From Podarcis erhardii (taxonomy: Eukaryota), in NCBI GenBank assembly GCA_964252035.1, contig CAXUOO010000302.1: a stretch of 64,000 nucleotides of DNA; one strand, written 5' to 3'. Position numbers and translations under genes: made by a program. Below are positions 1 to 11,638 of the stretch, piece by piece. The notes below the pieces were generated by a model. The model did no database searches. It was not told the DNA's origin and saw only the letters and a list, made by a program, of their open reading frames with translations. The stretch's first letter is position 1. Each line of letters opens with the position of its first letter.

Positions 1-551
1 CTGGTGCATCTGGAGACACGGACTGTGTTTCTCTGAGTCTTATTAATTGCTATATTTTTTTCTTCGTGAGTCCAAGCCCCGTAGACGTCTGAAAACGGTG
101 TCACAATTGTGAGCGCACACACGATGCAGGCTGCTCGATTACGTAATTGATAAAGAATTCACTTCAAAGAAAGAGAGATAGAAGAAATTCAATATATTAT
201 ATTTTCTTATCATGGAGATCCAAAAATCTGCAAACAATGTGTAAAAAGATCTTCGTTTACTGCTGTACAGCCCGCCGCTCGAGATGGAACGAGTGTTATT
301 TACATATGCAGAAATGTGGTCAGACGTTTCATTTTTGTAGAACAGAAATGCGAGTGGCAACGCCAATCGTTCTAACAAGAAGGATGTCTCGGTCGATTTT
401 ACGCTTGCTAATTAGTTCTAAGAGGCTACAGTTTTTTTCTAATTTTTCATGTGATAAACAGATACCGCTTTGAATCGAAAGAGTTAAACAAATTGTTTGA
501 TTTTAATATTTTATGCTGCTCAGTGATTCACGGGAGATTGTTCTCTCAAAC

Positions 552-1600
552 CACGTTCCGCCTGTCTTGATACCGAGAAGAACACTTGACATAGATTTGC
601 TCAGAATTCTTGTCGTTTTTTTCGAAAAAGCACAGCAGTAATTCTGGGCGGTTCAGTTTATAGGTTCGATAAGTTTACGGATTCGACTGCTGATTTTGCC
701 CATATTGACAACGGGACGATAAACGTATCTGGTGATATGCTACACAAAATATAGGCAATCTATGAATCAGCTCCTGTTTTCAATCGTCTGCAACTACGTT
801 CGTACGTTATCACACTTCCAAAATAGGGTTTGGTTTTTGAATGTGTCAGATAAAATAGTTAACTTGGCCTACTTTTACAATTTGCAAAAATTAAAAAAAA
901 AAAAAGCTTCTGCTGCATTGGAAAGCGATGAAGGGAAAAAAAAAGTTAAGACGCCCTCACGTGAAAATTTTGCTGAGTTTTTTCTCGCGCTATAAATAAG
1001 CACGCCTCTCTTCTCGCCGAAAATAAGTTTTTGCCTCTGAGCACTGTATCTTTTTTCGAGCAATTATATGCTAATGCATCGTTTATAGGTAAGCTCTGGA
1101 TATCTTCAATAGGCTTAGTTCTGGAAGAGAGAAAAAATCGTACAGTAACATTTATGCGTATGTGCCATTGTTATTGTACCGCTCTTATTGAATGTAAATG
1201 ATTTCAAAATTTAGACTCTAAGTGGAACGAGTAGGTTCTTGGATCATGAATTGTCTAATCAGCGCCCTTTCCCAGCTGAGACTGCAACTCACGTTTAAAG
1301 CCTTGAGGATACGCTTACCGTGTCCGAATGCTTTGTATTAGTGCAAAATTATTTGCCGTTGAGACTTTGAGCAAACGCATATAAAGGAGACAAATGGCAT
1401 ATCATAGCGCTACTTTGAGCAGAAGTGTATACGACTCTTTCTAACTGATAGTAACGAATATAGACTTTTACTTACTTACTCTTGGTCGTGAAAATGCACT
1501 CCTCAGGGAATAAAATTTTCCATGTCGTTGACTGCAAAATTGAATTTGATAAGAGCGACAGTATCATGCTCTGGATGAAATCTCCCCTCTTTGCGCACTA
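552..1600 (+). repeat. Dispersed ~1.05 kb repeat, copy 1 (direct-orientation partner at 11639-12728)
   Basis: Colinear shared blocks with 11639-12728: cacgttc.g..tgtcttg, gcggttcagttt..aggttcgataagtttacg.attcgactgctg, aaacgtatctggtga, tacgttatcacact, agcgccctt, ctctttctaa.tgatag.aacg, tctcccct.tttgcgca. About 70% identity by eye. No terminal inverted repeats, LTR ends or ORF recognised. Confidence 0.9.
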
Positions 1601-3654
1601 TTTAGGAAGGCAAAAGGTTCTTTAAGTTGAATGTAGATTGTGACCTTGTGTAAAACAAACATACTACAACATTCCGTTCCTTTTCCTCAACACCCCCACG
1701 AAGAAAGCAGTTTTGTGAAGTCAAGGTTGTTTGACCTGCTCTGCATTGTATTTATCATTTGCGCGCACTTCCTTCAGCTGAATCTCATTAAATTTTGTGT
1801 ATCCAGTAGATCTGTTGTTTTAAATAGAGCGTTTGCACGTGCACTTTTTTTTCATGTTAATCTGACGCGTGTAAGTGCCATTTTCGGATTTGTAAAACTG
1901 TCTGAATAGCAGTAACAGGCTTTATAAGCAAAATATGCGTTTGTATACTAGTTGAAAGCCGGATGAGCTCTTGAATGGAACATTGGAGATCTTTATCTCC
2001 ACCGGCTCAGCCACTTATTCAACAATCCAGTACTCTGAGGCGGCTCTAACTAGGACCTTGCGACTCTGCATGATAACTGGTTTTTCAGGAGGTTCCAAGC
2101 CACACCTTCGCCTTCAAAGCTGCGGCGGGGAAATGTAAATGCGGGGCATACCATTAGTTGTTAACTCTATATATTGCAGGCCTGCCATTGGCAATTTTAG
2201 TAATGTGGGAACATCTGCGCGTTACGCGTCACTACGTTGTCTTAATTTGTCCTTTCATTTGTCGCGTGTTACTCATGTGCATCCTTCGTTCCAACTGTGT
2301 TGCTTGTTCGTACAGATGAATTTTATCGACCGACGTTGGCTAATAAAACGTGCAAACAGGAGCGCGAGAGAAATAAAACTTGCTTGTTTTGCGTAATTAC
2401 TGTTCTAGCAGAGAAAACAAGAGTAGAATCCATGACTTAAGATTCTATCTCTGTGTAGATAGGATCTCAAAAGCTTAAAACTTGCCCAAGGTTTTGACGA
2501 GCGCCGCGCACTGTATGCTACAACAATTTGAATGGTTTGCAAACCCCGACACAATTCAAATACACCCGCTGAAACCATTCTTCAAAAAAAATTTATGTGT
2601 ATTTCAATAAAATGTGTGATTCACATTGGCGGTGCACGCTATCTATTGAGCTTTGTTGGAAATGAAACAAAATCGCGAACTAGCACTGAAAGCAGCAAGG
2701 TGTGCATTGCGTCTTGGTCTGAAAGGATATCACAACACGAATAGCCAGGATATTAACTTCTTGACGAGTAAAATATACGGAGAGAAGGGCAACAGCATGT
2801 TTGGGGAGAAAATTTATTGATCATGTGCTTCTTCGATGAGGATTTTATTCAACCAGATTTTGAAGCTGCTTACTTGTTTTTGCACACACTCTGCGTGAAG
2901 TACACACTAAGAGAATACAATTCAGCTTAACGAACATGTCTGGTTAAAACAGTGTACTTAGCTGATGAGGTGATAATACACCTTGCAAATATTCGTTAAC
3001 GGGGACTATGCTCCAGATTGTGGCGTTTACCAAATTTCCTCTCTAATCGTCTTATGCTGAAGGAAATACGGAAATGGAGACAGTTATACGCGGCGCAGAG
3101 GCGGAATGGTAGCAATCCGTTGAGAAGTGACCATGTACGGGATTCGAAAATACTCGATCCGCTTATGAACTCCAAATAGTAAAATAATTTTTATATGCGC
3201 AATCTGCCTTCTAACTATGTGTTTCTCGTGCAGGGGCGAAATCCTGTGAATGCCTCGAAAACTTGATGGCTGCTTTCACACTTCATACAGACTCCTGCTC
3301 TCGTCCTTAACAGTTGAGTTATGCAGTACAATAATACTAACTTTGTACCAACGCAGTCCTTATTTTGTGCTTGCATTGCAGCGGCCGGATGAAAGGTGAA
3401 AAATGTGCACTTGCATCAAAGAAAAAGCACATTACCTTCAACTGGAGATTTGAAATGCTTAGCTAGCGCAGCACGCTAGCTCCGACTGAATTCTTCAAAA
3501 TAAAGCGAATTTCAACCTCCGTCTCACGCACTACATATGTAATTTAACAACCATGATAATTTTCTTAATTTCAACTCAGCTTACACTAGGAGGTCCTGCT
3601 TTCACACTCGTAGTATTTTGATTTTTTTTGTCGTGGGTTCGATTCTGAACGTTG

Positions 3655-5224
3655 CTTGTAAGGAATGTCTTGTTTGTAGATATCCTGTTATAGTCGGACT
3701 CTCTTTCATCGAGTATCTCGTATTATATGCGTGGAGAATATATGTCTTACAACGTGATAGTCAATATTCATAAACTATCTACGATCTTTATGGTTCTGAT
3801 GCCCGCACTCTTTGCAACTACTACTTACCGATACATACTGATTATTCGCATTATTGTATTCACGAATTGATGCGGTATCATACTTCCTAATTCCATTAGG
3901 GGCTACTTTATTTTTTTTTTTTCTACTTAGTAATGCAGAGCATAATCTCAAAGTATGGACCTGAAATGATTTGGACTATGTATCCTCCATAAGTAGTAGT
4001 CTTACGAAATAGACTACGAATTCCGTATACTGTTTTTTTTAGCGGATTAGCCATATAAGATATCAGTAGTTCATTAGGTGCATGTCTGTTCTTCGGATCA
4101 GTACCAGAATGCAGACTGAAAATCTTTTCTTCTTATTTTTATCTCTAATCTGTACTGCTATAATGCTTATACTTACATCATCTATTTTGACAGAATCTTT
4201 AGTAATGCTGTTAATGGATCTACATACTTATTATAAAGTCTATGACTGTACGTACTCAGGAGATAGCGTAATATATCAGCTTCAATTCTGGCTCTTCGAT
4301 CATCCAGAGGTCTATGTCTTATTTCTTCTTGGTGTTGAAGTTATTTCTCAGACAGTGTCAGCACATGCAACTCGTTCTGTATTTGGTGGATAATCTATTA
4401 TACTGGCTGAGCGTTGCAACACAATACTAGGTTTTATACTATGGACTCACTTAAACAGTAGAAAAATAATGACCGTTGGGTAGAGATACGTACTCGTGCA
4501 TATTTCTATGCGGCAACTTTAATGTGCACATTCTATAAACCGTAATAATCATCTGGCTCGGTACCTATATGTCTAGCAGCAATGTCACCAGGCATGTAAA
4601 TCTATGGTTTGCATTATCTTGTATTAATCGACTTACTTTGTGAGATACCACTGGTGTTGTAATGGAAATTGGGAATATGAACATAGCGTTACATAGTGCT
4701 CTTGCATAAATCTATGCGGCAACTATAATGTGCACTGTTGAAAAGTACTTAAATACTCAACTGGCTTGGTACCTGTATGGCTAGCAGCAATGTCACAAGA
4801 CATGTAGATCTATGGTTTGCATTATCGTTTATTATTCTATTTACTTTTTTGATATACCACTGGTGGAATAATTGGAAATGTTAGTATGAATTCTAGCACT
4901 ACATAGTTCATATTCGATTGTAGCAACATTAGGTGCTGTCATACCTGCAGTTTGTGCATTGATATATTATGCTAAAGATATCTTCGGAGACACACATAGT
5001 ATATGGATTGTCATTAAGTAAGTCCTTCATATCTTAATGTACGGTGCGTCATTTTCCGAAATAGTGCTCCTGGAACTTTTTTACCTATGCATTTACTCGC
5101 TTTCAATGTAATGCCCCAAATTACGTAATTTGATTACCAGGATTTTTTTTTCTTATATTAGCGCTATATTTCAACGCTAGGCAGTATTTCCAAAGTCATA
5201 ATCCTAGTTGTTTTACTATTTTAA
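3655..5224 (+). pseudogene. cox1: Degraded cox1 NUMT (nuclear copy of coccidian-type mitochondrial cytochrome c oxidase subunit I), near full length, with frameshifts and stops
   Basis: Frame-broken translation gives COX1 segments in the correct order: RIICVENI/SYNVIVNIHKLSTIFMVLMPALF (~3719-3815), DAVSYFLIPLG, WTMYPP, and ORF 4082-4393 ...LVMLLMDLH..YDCTYSGDSVIYQLQFWLFDHPEVYVLFL..ISQTVSAHATRSVFGG (HPEVY copper-ligand motif). Then MTVG..TRAYF, WLGTYMSS..DLWFAL, LGAVIPAVCALIYYAKDIFGDT, FLPMHLLAFNVMP, DYQD and STLGSISKVIIL. GDSV and RSVFGG match Toxoplasma-like cox1 as recalled, better than the metazoan GDPI pattern. Confidence 0.93.
4497..4908 (+). repeat. ~206 bp tandem duplication inside the cox1 NUMT
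   Basis: tctatgcggcaact.taatgtgcac at 4505 and 4711; ctggct.ggtacct.tatg.ctagcagcaatgtcac.ag.catgta.atctatggtttgcattatc occurs twice; tacatagt ends both copies. The copies differ at many sites. Confidence 0.9.
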
Positions 5225-5467
5225 CATAAAAGGACATAATGTATCCATAAATGGAACATGGTTCATCACCAAGAGTGATTTCAATCTGTCTGAGCCAAAG
5301 TAAGCTGTAAGACAACAATATATCAGGGACTTCACAAGCACAAAAAAATTGTATAAATACATGAGGGAGCGACTAGAATCCAACGTGTCACTCACTTCAT
5401 GAAAATCAAGAGCACTTTCACGCTATCTATCATGCCTTTCAAAGGTTTAATCCTGTAATTTTTATGA

Positions 5468-5656
5468 GGGATGCAAAGGTGCTCAGGGTCTAGTCGATTC
5501 TCAAATTGAATGGTAATTTATTTGAACAGCATCATATATACGACATGTGAAAAGACAAACAACGTTCACGCGCGACGATAACTACCCGACAGGAATTTCC
5601 TACTTTTGGACCGTCAGAATATAGCCGCCTTTTGGACTGAAGCACCGAGCAGGTGG
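5468..5656 (-). pseudogene. NUMT copy of apicomplexan mitochondrial LSU rRNA fragments (LSUD/LSUE-like), degraded
   Basis: The + strand has aaggtgctcagggtct (5476-5491) and actacccgacaggaatttcctacttttggaccgtcagaatatagccgcc (5581-5629). These match apicomplexan mtDNA as recalled: AAGGTGCTCAGGGTCTTACCG...TTACCCGACAAGGAATTTTGCTACCTTAGGACCGTT...CAGCCGCC, which is the reverse complement of the conserved LSU GGTCCTAAGGTAGC-AAATTCCTTGTCGGG region. Confidence 0.78.
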
Positions 5657-5854
5657 ATTGTATTGCACCTTTTCATCTGAGTTAGCAATGATGTACAATA
5701 GACGTCCTCCAAAACCATAACTTCGTAGTAAAAGTTGTCTGTGTTAGATATAAATCGTTTGAATACCTATGCATAACCTTTCAATTTGCTAGTCTGTGTA
5801 TCTCAATAGCTGACTGAGTTGTGCGATGATTATATCAAAGCTATTCAAAATTAC

Positions 5855-5896
5855 TTTCCTGACCCCAGGCTGGTTTAACAAGTGAACTATTAGGCA
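5855..5896. pseudogene. Probable further mitochondrial RNA-fragment block marking the distal end of the NUMT
   Basis: cctgaccccaggctggtttaacaagtgaactattaggc resembles the Plasmodium mtDNA stretch TGATCCCAGGCTGGTAAAAAATGTAAACTTTTAGCC, recalled from memory. Fragment name not assigned. Confidence 0.45.
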
Positions 5897-6622
5897 GGAT
5901 GTTTTGGAAATGTGCTGTAAACGCAATTAAAATATAAAGACACAGTTCAAGAGGTTCCCTTACAAAGACAATACTTTTTTACTTTCAAAAGAGTCAAAGA
6001 TGATGTCCACGTTTTAAAGTGCAGTGCAACATTACTTTAGAGAATGGTAAGTGAAGTGTATGCGGCCGTTCTCAGACCTATCAGATTTGTGTACTTTCTG
6101 CAGATTTAGGACAAAATAAATATTGGGTTTGATACTATTTCGGTTAGAAATTTTACATGGTTGCAGACTCATCAAGGAATTCTTCAGTCAAACTGAACGC
6201 GCAGAAGAGTACAACTTAGCCATACTATTCCACATGAATTCATTCAGGTTCAAGGCGTTTCAATGCTCAAGCATTTGAAGAGAGAAATTCATATTTCACC
6301 AAGTAACTGAGCATAAGGAGAGTTTTGGGTTTCTGTATTGAATTCGTGCTTTCCGATTTAGTAATAAAGGACCAAGTGAAGGACAAAGGGACTGATTTGA
6401 GATTTCAACTTGATATACATTTCTTCATATTAGTTCATAAATTGCGGGATCTAAATCGTATGTGAAAGCAATGTGCGGCACAGACTACCAATGCAAGAAT
6501 CGTCAAAAAACTCTTTAGTTTGGAAGTCTGTTTACCAATCTCGGACAGCAATAGGTCCTGAGGTAAAGTTCCAAGTAAGGTGCCTTTGAAAATCTGGTGC
6601 AGACGAACAATCTACAGAAGGA

Positions 6623-6653
6623 CGCAGGTAGGTTGTTTGACAACCTACCTGCG
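6623..6653. other. Perfect 14-bp inverted repeat / hairpin (loop TTG)
   Basis: cgcaggtaggttgt-ttg-acaacctacctgcg; all 14 pairs checked as Watson-Crick. Confidence 0.9.
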
Positions 6654-6713
6654 CAGCAGATGTGTATGCATGTGTCACGCTTTTAACGTCGAAAGAAACC
6701 CTCTATTTGCATT

Positions 6714-7124
6714 ATGACTTTTCGACTGCTTTGGCACCAGCAATCCTTATTACGCAGAGGGATGCAACCTACTATCGATCATGTTTACGCGCAGAGTATC
6801 ATGATCATTTGTCGAAGCGTACTTTTGCATTTCTTGCGACGTCTGCAAGGGCGCGTTCTGTACGAATTAAAAGTTGTTTGGACTCTCCAGGGAATTGAGA
6901 AATGGTATAAAGGAATTGAGCAAGTACTAACAAATACTAAAAATTTTAAAAAAAACGCGCGCAAAGCAACCGTCGGACTCTTTGAATATGAAAGGCCTAA
7001 AAAATTTGTTTTAAAGGTTTCAGCTGTAATATGGCGAGACTCATTTGTTGCGCTGCGGCAGATGACGACAAAACAAATGTTTGTAAACATGGATTCGCTG
7101 TGGGATTGCGCAATGAAATCTTGA
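6714..7124 (+). other. 136-aa ORF of unknown significance (possible decayed exon)
   Basis: Present in the ORF track with a protein-like middle (FLRRLQGRVLYELKVVWTLQGIEKWYKGIEQ), but no recognisable domain and it overlaps an antisense ORF. Confidence 0.12.
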
Positions 7125-9321
7125 GCAATTAGGCCAAAAGCAAGAAATACAGTGCGCACTAGGCAAACGCTGGCCTTTCCACCTCAGCGGTTGCGGCTCT
7201 ATGGAGTAGGATACAACTTTTGCGTCTATGCTTTGTGCAGAGATATCAATTGTAACTTCGCTACGAATTGTCTTGCTTGCGAACTAAAAATGTTACACAA
7301 AAGGGGAATACGAATTCAATGACTGCAAGTATGCCAGTTTATTATAACTAGCTTTAAACTCAGGCTTTCTTTGCATCTACAAATGTATACAAATAAGGTA
7401 CAGCCACTCGACAGAAAAGTTGCTGATTCACCTCTTACTTTTCCGCATGTGCCAAAGCTTTGTAGGAAGTTACCTTGTCGAAGCTATATCAAGTCCAAAC
7501 TCCCAAAATCCATAAATAACTTCAATGCTTATGTTTTCAATAAACTGTGAATGCTCAAGCATGACTTATAGTTTCACGATACGTTTTACTGTAACCATTG
7601 GCAATTCACAGCTCTCTCCATCCCAGAACCTGGCTAAAGATGCTATAAGAAACATAGTACGACAAATTTATGTTCTACTCAATACTTCCTGTTTATTATT
7701 GTTCCGTGCTTCTCTCCTGTCATATCTACATCGTCCGTCTGTAACGCGGACACAATAGCAGGACCCGGTCAATTTCATGTGCATCAAAAAATCACACAGG
7801 AACGACCAGTGGGGCGCAACATTTCCTTTAGGACTCCCAGCAATGCTCCTAGCTGGCTCACATACATTTGAGTATATGAGCAGCGAACATTATTTATCAT
7901 AAACTGCACTATTTTGAATCGGCTCCAAAGCCAGACTGACACCGTTCGTCACTTCCGGACGCACAAGCAGCTTCTAATTATGTACGCGTCTCGATCTAGC
8001 TGGAATTAAGCCAATGCAGTTCATGCCGAAAACTGGTTTTCAATCACGACTGGGAACGTTTGACAACACGTTAGTTCACCAAGAAGTATGTTATTGAGAA
8101 TTGTCAGAGAATGCAATTCGTAGGCTTGTAAGATGCAGCATATTTGCTTGTTCTTCTTGAATAGATGCACTCTGAAGAGAATTCCATGGTGTTTCTTAAC
8201 ATGACCGACCGCACACGCATTCATAATTTGCAGCGAGTTTCAGGAAGGTTTGACCCAGACACGCGAAGAAAACCATAAAGTGATTTCAATTGAAATATTG
8301 AACTGTAAAATTGTAAAGAGCAAGAAATCAGTTTATTTAGAATTGGAGAAAACCAACCTTTTCTATTTGCAAAATGGTGAAAAGCCTGTATCACAAGACG
8401 GCATGTCAAGAACCAGCTGTTGGCACGTAAACAAACCAAGCAGAAAATTTGGAGTTATCAGCTTTCCTTCGAAGGTATAGAAGCGACATTCGTACAGTCG
8501 TAAAAATTAACGTTCAGCTGTATAAGCTTAAAGTAAAATATATGGAGTATTTTGTATAGGAACGTCTAGATTCATTTGTACAATATTCATTTTTTTTATA
8601 GCAGCGATTGACTTCTGCAAACACACGCGTTAATGGCCGGAGACAACTGCAGGGCTGATGTCGATATGATATTCGCCTTGGAAGAAATTTTCTCAGCCAA
8701 ACTCTCCTAGTAGAAAGAAAATAAGCTAGCAAAGGCTTCTATTATGCTTGTTCGCATCAGCTATGGTATCCTCATAGTGCATTTACAGAAAATAGAAAGC
8801 ATTCTGATTGACGAGGTCAACTGTGTTGCAAGTTTGACGCTTGCAGCTGGTCTTAAGAAAAAAAGAGTGCATACGCAAAAACTTCATCTTGCGGTTAATG
8901 AATCTCATGACTACGAATCGTGACCGACTCGCTCATGATCTGCGAGAAAAAACGTCATGCAGAGATTGACGGATCTTTTCTCAACGAGTGTATCAAAGAT
9001 ATTAAAAAAGTCGAGGGGTAGCAAATGGGGAAGGAAGTTCTATTTGCAGCTGCAACTCTGCTCATATGCTTTTATAAAAGTTGTTTGTGTTAAAAATTTA
9101 TGGTTGCTTTGGCGAAAACGCATTTGTACGCTTGTGCGCCACAACGCAGAGTCATTTATTTCAAAATGTTGATCACATCTCTAGTAGATGCCCTACTAAG
9201 GCTTGATTTCCAGGTGATGTTTATGAAATAGCAAGACTTTCACATGAAGAAGCACAGGTACTCATATTGCTCATCAAGCATCAAGAATGTAAATAAAGTT
9301 CTGCTCGATTTCTAGAACTAC

Positions 9322-9345
9322 ATATATATATATATATATATATAT
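9322..9345. repeat. (AT)12 microsatellite
   Basis: Direct reading of the sequence. Confidence 0.97.
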
Positions 9346-11318
9346 GTGGAGACTCGCAAGATGGGTCGACGGTGTTCAAACGACGAAAATTTTGCAGAAC
9401 TTTTCGAAAACTTTCTCACTATGTTTGACAGTGCAGCGAATGCATCTAAAGGTCAGAAGCCGCTTACACCTATGATGACTTTGCTGTCTCTTCTTAATGC
9501 GTGCCAGTTTTAGCCGATAACAAGCTGGTACAGAATTATCTCGTGCAAAAAGAGGACAGCTTTGAAGACAAGTACCTAAGGCAGCCATGTCTGCCATGTC
9601 TCACGTGGCGCTCAGGGCATATTTACATTGGTCCTTGCTTTCGCTGAAAGCGAATCAACCGGTTGAGCCAGATTGGAGGAAACATTCTCAGGAATCAAAG
9701 CATTTTTGCTTTGGAGCAAATTATCTGCGCTTCGTGACCAACTCGATTTCTGCGCTTGATAATTCGGCTCGATCATAAAATTCTGTAACCGTCAATTTCC
9801 GGCTTCAGAATATACGCTGTTCTTACCGCTCTGGCAATTATCGTAAGTTGCTTCGCAGTTTGCAGCAAACATGCTTGTTCCGAGATCGTCGTAGGGAAAA
9901 CTAGAACGGCATTCCACAAATATTTTTTAGGGGTGCTAGGTTATTCCCGGTCCATGATACTGAAGTCAAGGGCTCTGCACTCGGGTGTGGCCCACGCTCA
10001 GAGACACTGCTTTGCGAATGCGATATCCCGCCGTCCTAGCAATGAGCTGCCGGCACAGGCCGCAATAGACCTTGGCATCTCCATACGAGTGAGGCTGATT
10101 TTTGCGGGCTCAATTGCACAACACGACCGCTCTTGATTGAGCAGAAAAATGCAAATATAGTATGCGCAACAAGGTGCGGCCGCAAGCAAGTGGCATTGCT
10201 CCAGTCTATATTTTTGTGTACGCTCGAAAGTTCTTCCTTTCTTGTAAGCTGTACTTCACTAATCCGTTTTTGAACTGCCATCACAGAGGAGCGCTAACGA
10301 TATCTGGCACTCGACTCCAGTAAGTTTACTTCCATAGAAATCTGAAAAAAGAGGCTTGGGTCTCTTCTGCTTTGCGCTGCTGCTTTTCCCCGTACATCAA
10401 ATGTTTCAACAAGAGCGCAAACAAGAGAAGATTTCCAAATTGCTACCCAGTTGTATTGATTCAATGTTCGAAGAGCAATTTCGATTCGCTGAGAACTATG
10501 TAAACACCCGTCAGTTTCGTACATACAGTTTTAAGACAAGCTTTACGCAAGAGGAATAGCAATCTCTCTTGCGCTTCATTGGGTGGACGTGAATTACAGC
10601 GTAAAAGTCCTAGCCGTCTCCGTTGTTCCAATAAAATCTCTATTTGGACTGTTTGGTTTACGTATTGAATCTTATACCTGCCTTCGCGTGATTGATCTCG
10701 AAGGTATATCTCTACTAAATTTCAAATCATGCCTCCGAAGGGACCCTATTTTTGTTAGAGCAAAAGGATGTTAGTATGTTCTTTGATGTACTAATTTCAT
10801 TCTTCCTAGCTCAATCCGTGGCTCACCAAGCGGCCATTAATCTACGTGCGAAACCGTTCCAGCCTTCAATTAAAGATCATATCAAAGCAAGCACTAAATC
10901 TACACATGTCTGGCTGCTGCCTTTGCAATTACTGAGTGAAGCCGCATATAAATCTAGAGAATACAAGCTATAAGTTAGCCCATCTCAGGAAATTGACTAC
11001 TTATAACTTTTCCTTTCTGTGATGAAAATGAATTTCTAAAACGGAGGACATCTTAAAACCCGGATAGCAGCTGCAATCTTCGAGTCACATTCACGTATGT
11101 CACTATACTACTGCTATTCAAGTATATGTGAAAAAACAGTTATACATGTGCAATGCTTGCATCAGCGGTGCTCTGCCTGCGTTCGCAGGCAGAGCACATG
11201 TATAACTGTTTTTTCACATATACGTGAATATGTTTTAGGACGTCTTCCGTTTGTGTGTGCCTGTACATTTCGTCTAGATTTGGCTTATGGCGTATTGTGT
11301 GCATATGTTTTTCATGTT

Positions 11319-11369
<51 letters not shown>
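11319..11369. repeat. (TA)~25 microsatellite with one interruption
   Basis: Direct reading; produces the spurious YIYIYI ORFs. Confidence 0.97.
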
Positions 11370-11372
<3 letters not shown>

Positions 11373-11514
11373 AGCGTATGCTTGTGGCTAGTCCTCAAAG
11401 GTTATAGTAGTATTTGTTTTGCCCATGAGAAATTTATCTGTTCGTACTGCAGACTCGCTCAATGCAAGCAACTCTCAGTTTGTAAAATCTTATAAAGTTG
11501 GAGCGGGATCTCTG

Positions 11515-11517
<3 letters not shown>

Positions 11518-11559
<42 letters not shown>
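11518..11559. repeat. (AT)21 microsatellite
   Basis: Direct reading of the sequence. Confidence 0.97.
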
Positions 11560-11562
<3 letters not shown>

Positions 11563-11638
11563 GATCTTCTCTCGGGAAAGTACGGGCGAGAAAAAGTACT
11601 ATTGTTCTGGTTTCGCTGACTCGTGCTAAAAAATACAA

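Noticed and set aside
3461-3481. agctagcg/cgctagct 8-bp hairpin (also an 11-bp imperfect stem at 2440-2467)
   Set aside because: Short or imperfect enough to arise by chance in this length of sequence.
3636-3645. GGTTCGATTC tRNA T-loop-like motif
   Set aside because: The flanks do not form a T-stem or cloverleaf.
4082-4393. Functional nuclear or mitochondrial cox1 gene
   Set aside because: Conserved residues are lost (HLFWFFGH appears as LQFWLFDH), there are multiple stops and frameshifts and an internal duplication, and it is embedded in nuclear-type repeats.
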